NCBI GenBank assembly: GCA_035285125.1
Contig: JAYKHR010000166.1
Location: 1-25,946 of the forward strand
From: Candidatus Sericytochromatia bacterium
Lineage (GTDB): Bacteria > Cyanobacteriota > Sericytochromatia > S15B-MN24 > JAQBPE01
Length of the DNA: 25,946 nucleotides
Direction of reading: 5' to 3'
Shown here: positions 20,485 to 25,946 of the stretch, piece by piece
Position numbering within the stretch: position 1 is the stretch's first letter
Layout: the number at the start of each line of letters is the position of its first letter
The notes under the pieces: model-generated
The model's database searches: none
What the model was told of the DNA's origin: nothing
Seen by the model: the letters and a program-made list of their open reading frames with translations, nothing else
Made by a program: the position numbers and the translations under genes

Positions 20485-20536
20485 AGCATACCACGGGGCC
20501 GGGCGGCTTGACTGGCCGGGCAGGCCGACGCAGAAT
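20485..20536. promoter_or_regulatory. Divergent promoters (FNR and Sel1-like gene)
   Basis: Minus strand TGG-TATGCT (20490-20485); plus strand TTGACT (20508-20513), 17 nt, CAGAAT (20531-20536). Confidence 0.45.
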
Positions 20537-20596
20537 GCTCGCCGGGCGGTGTCCCGGAGCCCGTGCCCGGCGCCCCCCTCTGCGAGCAGAACCGAG

Positions 20597-21454
20597 ATGC
20601 GCCCCCCACCTTCAGCGGCTACTTGGCTCGCGGTCGCGGCGCTGCTCGGGCTTCTGGCCTGGCCTGCCGCCGCCGAGGCGCGTTCCGCGTCGCGCGTCGC
20701 GCCCCCCTTCAGTGGCGGCCCTGCGCAGAGGCTTGCAGCCGCCCGGCGCCTGCTGCAGGCCCCGAGGGGCCAGGCTGACGTGCTCTGGGGCCGCCGCTTG
20801 TTGAACTTCGATGCCCTGCGGGGCCACGGGCCGTCTCAGCTGGCCCTCGGCTCCTGGCTGAGCCGGGCTGACAGGCCCCTGCGCGACCGCCTGGAAGGGG
20901 TCCGATGGCTCAAGCGGGCCGCGCTGACAGGCCAACCCGGGGCTTCGGAGCGCTGGCATCAGGCCGTGGGCCGCTTGCCGCGGCTTGCCAGGCGCCTCGC
21001 CCTCGCCCAGGCTGCCGGCATCAAGCGCACTGCGCCAGGGCCTCGCGCCCACCCGCCGGCCCGCCCCGCGGGGCAGGAAGCGGGGACGCCCGAGGTCGAC
21101 GTGCTCGCAGCCGTGGGCGAGGCCTGGGCCCAGACGGCCAAGGGGCACAGGCTCGCGCGACAGGAGGCCCCCGCAGAGGCCGCCACCTGGTGGTTCCGGG
21201 CTGCGGCGCAGGGCGATCGCCTGGCGTGCGCCAACCTGGCCGGGGCCTTCGAGGCGGGCGAGGGGGTGCCGGCCACCCCACTCGTGGCGTTCGGGTTCTG
21301 GTGCGTGGCGGCCGATCTCCCGCCCGAGGCAGCCTGGGCCCGCTACCCGGCGCGGGCCTCGCTGCCTCCCGACGCCGCGGCGCGCGTGCGGCCCTGGCTC
21401 GAGGCCTGGCGGGCGAGCCTCAGGCTGGCCGACGACGACACGCTGCCGCACTGA
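20597..21454 (+). CDS. Exported protein with degenerate Sel1-like repeats
   Basis: ATG 20597 gives a signal peptide (LAVAALLGLLAWPAAA-EA). Sel1-like segments EGVRWLKRAALTG and AATWWFRAAAQGDRLACANLAGAFEAGEGVP. Confidence 0.7.
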   Translation: MRPPPSAATWLAVAALLGLLAWPAAAEARSASRVAPPFSGGPAQRLAAARRLLQAPRGQADVLWGRRLLNFDALRGHGPSQLALGSWLSRADRPLRDRLEGVRWLKRAALTGQPGASERWHQAVGRLPRLARRLALAQAAGIKRTAPGPRAHPPARPAGQEAGTPEVDVLAAVGEAWAQTAKGHRLARQEAPAEAATWWFRAAAQGDRLACANLAGAFEAGEGVPATPLVAFGFWCVAADLPPEAAWARYPARASLPPDAAARVRPWLEAWRASLRLADDDTLPH

Positions 21455-21457
21455 CCG

Positions 21458-22369
21458 CTAGCGGCAGGCCGTCCACCACTCCATCGCGCGCTCCGGGTCC
21501 CGGGCAAACTTGTACGGCATGTAGAAATAGCCCTTGTCGCCCCACCGCGCACCCCAGGAGTTCCGGACGACAAGGTGCTCCGCCTCGTCGTCGTAGCCCA
21601 CCGCCAGCACCGCGTGTCCCCCCATCCGGGGCTCTAGCGGCAGCGGCAACGGCATCTTGCCACCAGGGCCGATGAACTGGAACCGCAGGTAGACGATGAA
21701 GCCGAACGCCACCGGCTGCCCCTTCGCCAGCGCCGTCCGGACGTCCTCGAACGATCGCAACTCGACCCCGTCCGACACCTTCCAGGCGTCTGCCGTCGCG
21801 TTCGCCTCGGCCGTCGGTTCGAGCTTGAAGCGTCGCGGAAGGTAGGGCCAGGCCTCCTCCGTCGCGTTGCCCTGACGCGCCAGCACCGTCATCCCATCGA
21901 CCATGTTGGCCCCGGAGTCTTCGCCCACCGAGCCGCGCAGCACCCGCTCCTGGTAGTAAAGCCAGAGCGCGGACAGCGGCACCTGACGCTCGCCGTTGCG
22001 TCGCTGCAGATACTCCCGGAGCCCCTTGCCCATCGCAAAGGCGGTGCAAGCCCCCAGCGTTCCCTGGTCGTAAACCGGGGGACAGTGGCTGCGCAGATCC
22101 ACCCGCGCAGGCCGCTCGGCCTCCCGCGGCAGGGCCACCGTGCGGGCGGTGGCTGCCAACCGGGAGCGGTAGCGCTCCGCATCGTAGCCCAGGGCACGCG
22201 GCAGGCCCGCGGCAGCGAGGGCCGGGGCAGGCGCTGGGGCTCGGAAGGCAGGAGGCAGCGGCTGGGGGTTCGCCGAGCACCCCAGCCCGACGAGGGACAG
22301 CAGGACAGCGGTGCAGGTGGCTCGACGGGCCAGGACTCTGCGACAAAAGGTTAAAATAAAATTAAGCAC
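21458..22369 (-). CDS. Papain-family (C1A) cysteine peptidase, probable lipoprotein
   Basis: DQGTLGACTAFA (Gln/Cys), GGHAV (His), RNSWG (Asn), WGDKGY; lipobox-like LVGLG-C. GTG 22369 is the only in-frame canonical start before the signal and has no SD, so the start is uncertain. Confidence 0.9.
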   Translation of the reverse strand: MLNFILTFCRRVLARRATCTAVLLSLVGLGCSANPQPLPPAFRAPAPAPALAAAGLPRALGYDAERYRSRLAATARTVALPREAERPARVDLRSHCPPVYDQGTLGACTAFAMGKGLREYLQRRNGERQVPLSALWLYYQERVLRGSVGEDSGANMVDGMTVLARQGNATEEAWPYLPRRFKLEPTAEANATADAWKVSDGVELRSFEDVRTALAKGQPVAFGFIVYLRFQFIGPGGKMPLPLPLEPRMGGHAVLAVGYDDEAEHLVVRNSWGARWGDKGYFYMPYKFARDPERAMEWWTACR

Positions 22370-22548
22370 AGGATAAAAAAATATGCGTCGGCGAGATTCG
22401 CAAGCGGAATGAACATTTCACGATCCCTTAACAGATGACCAAAAAATCGCCTCCCGACGCGGGTATGCGATCAAGTAAGGGCCACCCAACGACAGGTTAT
22501 CCCTGGATAAAGACGGGGCGTCGGTGGCGCAGCGGAGGAACTCGACCC

Positions 22549-24417
22549 ATGGCGGACAGCATCAACCCCAGCGCCCCTCGCGCAGGCACCCCCACGGCCC
22601 GCAACGCGCCGCCAGCCCCCCGCGAGGCTGCACCGGCGGCACCGACCCCGACGTCGGACGCCTTCGTTCGTCAGGACTCGGGCACGGACATTGCGACCCT
22701 GGCGTCCCTGGTGGCCCAGCTCCAGACGCGCATCACGGCCGTCGAGAGGCGGGTGGCGACGCTCGCGAACGAGGAGAGCTTCGCCCCCGTGCCCCTCGGA
22801 GCGCTCGCGCGCACGGGGAGCCAGGTGTGGCGTGAAGCCTTGCCTCCGGTCCCCCCGCCGGCCCCCGCCCGCGCCCAGGCGTCAGCGGCGCCGCCCCCGG
22901 CGCGTCAGCCTCAGCCGACCACCTATACCGTGCGCCCCGGGGACACGCTCTGGACCATCGCCGGACGGCAACTCGGCGACCCCACGCGCTTCCGCGAGCT
23001 GATTGCCCTCAACCGGGAGGCCCTTCCTAGCTTGGAGGCCAGCCCCGACTTCCTCCGGCCAGGCTGGGCCCTCACCCTACCCGGCGACGCAGCCCCTGCG
23101 GCCAGGCCCGCAGGCGCCAAGCCCGTTGGACCAACCAGCGAGCCCGAGCCCCCGGCGTCAAGGCCCGCGGGCACCAGCGGGGCCGCGCCTGCCGGCGAGC
23201 CGGAAGCCCCCTCGACCAGGCCGCGCCGGTCGCGTCGTCCTTCGGGCGAGCCGAACGCGCCGCGACCGGCAAACCAGGCGAAGCCGGAACCCCGGGCCGT
23301 CGTGCCAGAGGTGCTGCCGCCCGAGGCAGCAGGCGAGCCCGCGTCCACCGGGCAGGCCGCCAAGCAGCGCCCAGCTGCGCAATCTGGCCAGCCGCTGCCG
23401 GTGGCCGTCCCGAACCCCGCCGATCTCGGGATACCAGGCTTCGACCCGACCAGGGGCTTCGTCGTGGAACGCCAGGAGACGCGCGTCGAAGCCGTCGAGA
23501 CCGAGACCGACACCCGTTGGGAGGTCGGGCCGGACGGCAAGGCCACGGCCTCCCGCCAGCAAACAGACGTGACCGCCGCCGAAACCGTGACGCGCACCCG
23601 GTGGCGCGCGCGGGACGCACAGCAGGCGCCCTCGCAACCGCCGACGGCCATTGCGCCCCCGGGCGACAAGCCGCCCACGACCGAGCAGCCCCCTGCGGGC
23701 GACAAGCCTCCCACCGCCGCCAAGCCGCCTGCGGGCGACAAGCCCCCCGCCACGAACAAGCCGCCTTCGGCTGACAAGCCTCCCGCGGGCGACAAGCCCC
23801 CCGCCAAGCCGGACGACCTCAGGCGCCAGCGGTTGCAGCAAGAACTCGACGTGTACCTCGGCGAGCACAAAAACAGCAGCGCCATCGTCAGCCTCGCGGA
23901 GAGCCACCCCGCATACCTGGAAGCGGCCACCCTGCCTCAAAAAGCGAGGATGGTCCGGCAGGCCCTCTCGGCCGTGTTCACTGACAAGGCCGATCGGGCG
24001 GCGGCGCTGAAGGTGTTGCGTGCGGCGCACGCGCAGGGCGAGTTGCTCGGCGTGATGAACCAGCTCCACGAGCAGAAGAAGCTCAGCAGCGCCATCCGCA
24101 GCATGAGCGGGTCCGATCAGGGCCGGGAGATGGCGAAGCTCCTGCAGGAAGCAGGGCTGTACGAGAACAGCGGGATCGTGCAGGCGATGGATGCGGACGC
24201 CGTGTCTGACCTCGTCGGCACGCTGGGCTGGCGACACCCGATGATCGGGCTCAGCGATGCCCTGTCAGGGCTGCCCGACAGCCACAAGAAGGCCATGATC
24301 GCCAAGCTGTTGGAGGGCGACTTCTCGCTGGCTCAGCACCGCCAGGCGTCCTGGCTCAACCAGCACCTGGCCCAGCCCGTGAGGCTTCCAGCCTACGACC
24401 CCCATCCCAACCGCTGA
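22549..24417 (+). CDS. LysM-domain protein with Pro/Ala-rich linkers and a helical C-terminal domain
   Basis: ATG 22549 follows GGAGG. LysM at 22921-23082 (TYTVRPGDTLWTIA...LRPGWALTLP). No signal peptide visible. Confidence 0.85.
   Translation: MADSINPSAPRAGTPTARNAPPAPREAAPAAPTPTSDAFVRQDSGTDIATLASLVAQLQTRITAVERRVATLANEESFAPVPLGALARTGSQVWREALPPVPPPAPARAQASAAPPPARQPQPTTYTVRPGDTLWTIAGRQLGDPTRFRELIALNREALPSLEASPDFLRPGWALTLPGDAAPAARPAGAKPVGPTSEPEPPASRPAGTSGAAPAGEPEAPSTRPRRSRRPSGEPNAPRPANQAKPEPRAVVPEVLPPEAAGEPASTGQAAKQRPAAQSGQPLPVAVPNPADLGIPGFDPTRGFVVERQETRVEAVETETDTRWEVGPDGKATASRQQTDVTAAETVTRTRWRARDAQQAPSQPPTAIAPPGDKPPTTEQPPAGDKPPTAAKPPAGDKPPATNKPPSADKPPAGDKPPAKPDDLRRQRLQQELDVYLGEHKNSSAIVSLAESHPAYLEAATLPQKARMVRQALSAVFTDKADRAAALKVLRAAHAQGELLGVMNQLHEQKKLSSAIRSMSGSDQGREMAKLLQEAGLYENSGIVQAMDADAVSDLVGTLGWRHPMIGLSDALSGLPDSHKKAMIAKLLEGDFSLAQHRQASWLNQHLAQPVRLPAYDPHPNR
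23656..23811 (+). repeat. Intragenic about 18-nt-period repeat encoding PPxxxK (PPAGDK) units
   Basis: Translation PPGDKPPTTEQPPAGDKPPTAAKPPAGDKPPATNKPPSADKPPAGDKPPAKP. Confidence 0.85.
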
Positions 24418-24424
24418 GCACCCA

Positions 24425-24480
24425 GGCGGCACGGGAAGCTCGGCCCCTGCTCGGCAGGGGGCTGCGCCGCGCGTGCCGCC
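24425..24480. terminator. Nested inverted repeat between the convergent LysM gene and msrB
   Basis: Outer GGCGGCACG/CGTGCCGCC and inner CCCCTGC-TCG-GCAGGGG. No U-tract on either side. Confidence 0.45.
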
Positions 24481-25008
24481 TCAGGGAGCAGGCGTCGGCG
24501 CAACCTTGCCTCGAAAGGCCAGCGCGGCCGAGTTGATGCAGTAGCGCCGCCCTGTCGGCGCCGGGCCATCCTCGAACACGTGACCCAGATGGCCATCGCA
24601 GCGCGCGCAGCGTAGCTCCACCCTTTCCATGCCGAGGGAGGTGTCGGCGAGCTCACGCACCGCGCCGGCGGCCACCGGCCGGAAGAAGCTCGGCCATCCG
24701 CTGCCGGAGTCGTACTTGGCGCCAGAGGCGAACAGCGCGGCGCCACACGCGACGCAGGCGTAGGTGCCGGGTGCGTGGTGGTTCCAGTAGGCCCCCGTGA
24801 AGGCAGGCTCCGTGCCGCACTGGCGCGTCACGCGGTAGGCCTCGGGGCTCAGGCGCTTGCGCCACTCCGCATCGGAGCGACGACCCGACGCGAGAGGCGA
24901 GGCTGAGGGCCCCACGGTGGGGCTGGCCGCCCGCGCCGAGGCCGCCACCGCAGCGTCGGGCAGCACCAACCAGGCCACCAGCAGGGGAACAGCCCACAAC
25001 ACCCTCAC
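24481..25008 (-). CDS. msrB: Peptide methionine (R)-sulfoxide reductase MsrB, Zn type, with signal peptide
   Basis: [42 protein letters not shown] 25008 after GGAGGA gives [22 protein letters not shown]. Confidence 0.95.
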   Translation of the reverse strand: MRVLWAVPLLVAWLVLPDAAVAASARAASPTVGPSASPLASGRRSDAEWRKRLSPEAYRVTRQCGTEPAFTGAYWNHHAPGTYACVACGAALFASGAKYDSGSGWPSFFRPVAAGAVRELADTSLGMERVELRCARCDGHLGHVFEDGPAPTGRRYCINSAALAFRGKVAPTPAP

Positions 25009-25313
25009 GCGTCCACATCCTCCGACGGCATCATGCCCCGACAGCCCCACGGACACACGTATGCAGCCTGCCAACGCGAGCTGGTCACGGGCCGGCATCC
25101 TGACGGGGTCCCACGACAGCCCGACGTCAGGGCGGCACCGTGGCACCTGCGGGCCAAAAGGCCACGGGGTACCCGGTGCGGGCCGTTAGGTCAAGGTCAG
25201 GTTAGGGCATTTATCAAGAAACCATCACTCCGCCCGGGTGACTTGCAGCCGGCCGAACCTCGGCGACCCGCACCCCGGCACGTCCCACGTGAGAGAAAGG
25301 CTTCCCTGACCCG

Positions 25314-25946
25314 ATGAACCTACGCTCCAAGCTCTGGCGAGCCGCGATGGCCTCGTCGCTCTCGCTGCTCCCCCTGTCCGGGTGTGCGCTCGATCCCGCG
25401 ATGATCGGGGCCATGAGGCCCAGCCAGGGGGGCCAGGCCCCCGCGCCGACCAACGGTCCGGCGCAACCGCAACCCGGCTACTACGTGCCACCCACGTCGG
25501 GCGGGCTGCCAGCCTTCACCGACCAAGGCGCGGCGGCCGAGCCTCAGGCCAACGAGTTGATGGACTTCTTGATGGCGATCGACTCCTGGATGGAGCAGGT
25601 GGAGATCGCAGCGGATGCCGCCGCGGGCACCTCGTACCGGCTGGCCCAAATTCCGCCCCCGCCGCCCCCGGCTGACGGGACCCAACCCCCGCCCCCACCC
25701 GGTGGCGCAGTGCAGCCCCCACCCACCGGCGGCACGCAGCCCCCGCCGCCCCCCGATGGCGGCATGCAGCCCCCGCCCAACGGCGGCTACCCGCCTCCGC
25801 CCAACGGCGGCTACCAGCCCCCGCCCAACGGCGCCTACCCGCCCCCGCCCAACGGCGGCTACCCGCCCCCGCCCAACGGCGCCTACCCGCCCCCGCCCAA
25901 CGGCGGCTACCAGCCCCCGCCCAACGGCGGCTACCAGCCCCCGCCC
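25314..25946 (+). CDS. Pro/Gly-rich hypothetical lipoprotein (5' part; runs off the window)
   Basis: Not in the ORF track. ATG 25314 reads MNLRSKLWRAAMASSLSLLPLSG-C (lipobox) and stays open to the window end. Confidence 0.85.
   Translation, partial: MNLRSKLWRAAMASSLSLLPLSGCALDPAMIGAMRPSQGGQAPAPTNGPAQPQPGYYVPPTSGGLPAFTDQGAAAEPQANELMDFLMAIDSWMEQVEIAADAAAGTSYRLAQIPPPPPPADGTQPPPPPGGAVQPPPTGGTQPPPPPDGGMQPPPNGGYPPPPNGGYQPPPNGAYPPPPNGGYPPPPNGAYPPPPNGGYQPPPNGGYQPPP
25770..25946 (+). repeat. 24-nt tandem repeat encoding PPPNG(G/A)Y(P/Q)
   Basis: Seven full units plus a partial one of CCCCCGCCCAACGGCG(G/C)CTACC(C/A)G, in frame with the lipoprotein. Confidence 0.95.

Noticed and set aside
25770..25946. 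CRISPR array
   Set aside because: The repeats are contiguous with no unique spacers, are in-frame coding, and no cas genes are present.

Overview
GC-rich bacterial chromosomal window from a diderm organism. The left half is housekeeping, mostly on the minus strand: the 5' part of rpmG (L33); a complete, unsplit F1Fo ATP synthase operon (atpZ-like, atpI, a, c, b', b, delta, alpha, gamma, beta, epsilon); an inserted block (mglB, lipoprotein, moeB/thiF, divergent cNMP-domain gene and lptD-like gene); then wecB, tagO/wecA, dCMP deaminase, glyA, rpiB, a DUF296 gene and tRNA-Leu(CAG). The right half (18-26 kb) is mostly predicted exported proteins: a lipoprotein Cys-phosphatase, signal-peptide MsrA and MsrB, a Sel1-like protein, a papain-family lipoprotein and a Pro-rich repeat lipoprotein that runs off the end. 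It also holds a plastidic-type ferredoxin-NADP reductase and a signal-peptide-less LysM protein. The b'-b order, PetH-like FNR and LptD, together with the Firmicutes-like gene order, suggest a non-photosynthetic relative of Cyanobacteria such as Sericytochromatia (inference, not tested). I saw no mobile element, CRISPR array or defence system. The best leads are a structured rpmG leader with an internal terminator, a recurring YTTAACCW 11-bp-period motif in several intergenic regions, an orphan mglB upstream of the atp operon, a two-carboxylate c subunit, the exported thiol-enzyme/Msr cluster and the LysM protein. All calls come from reading motifs by eye; no searches were run.
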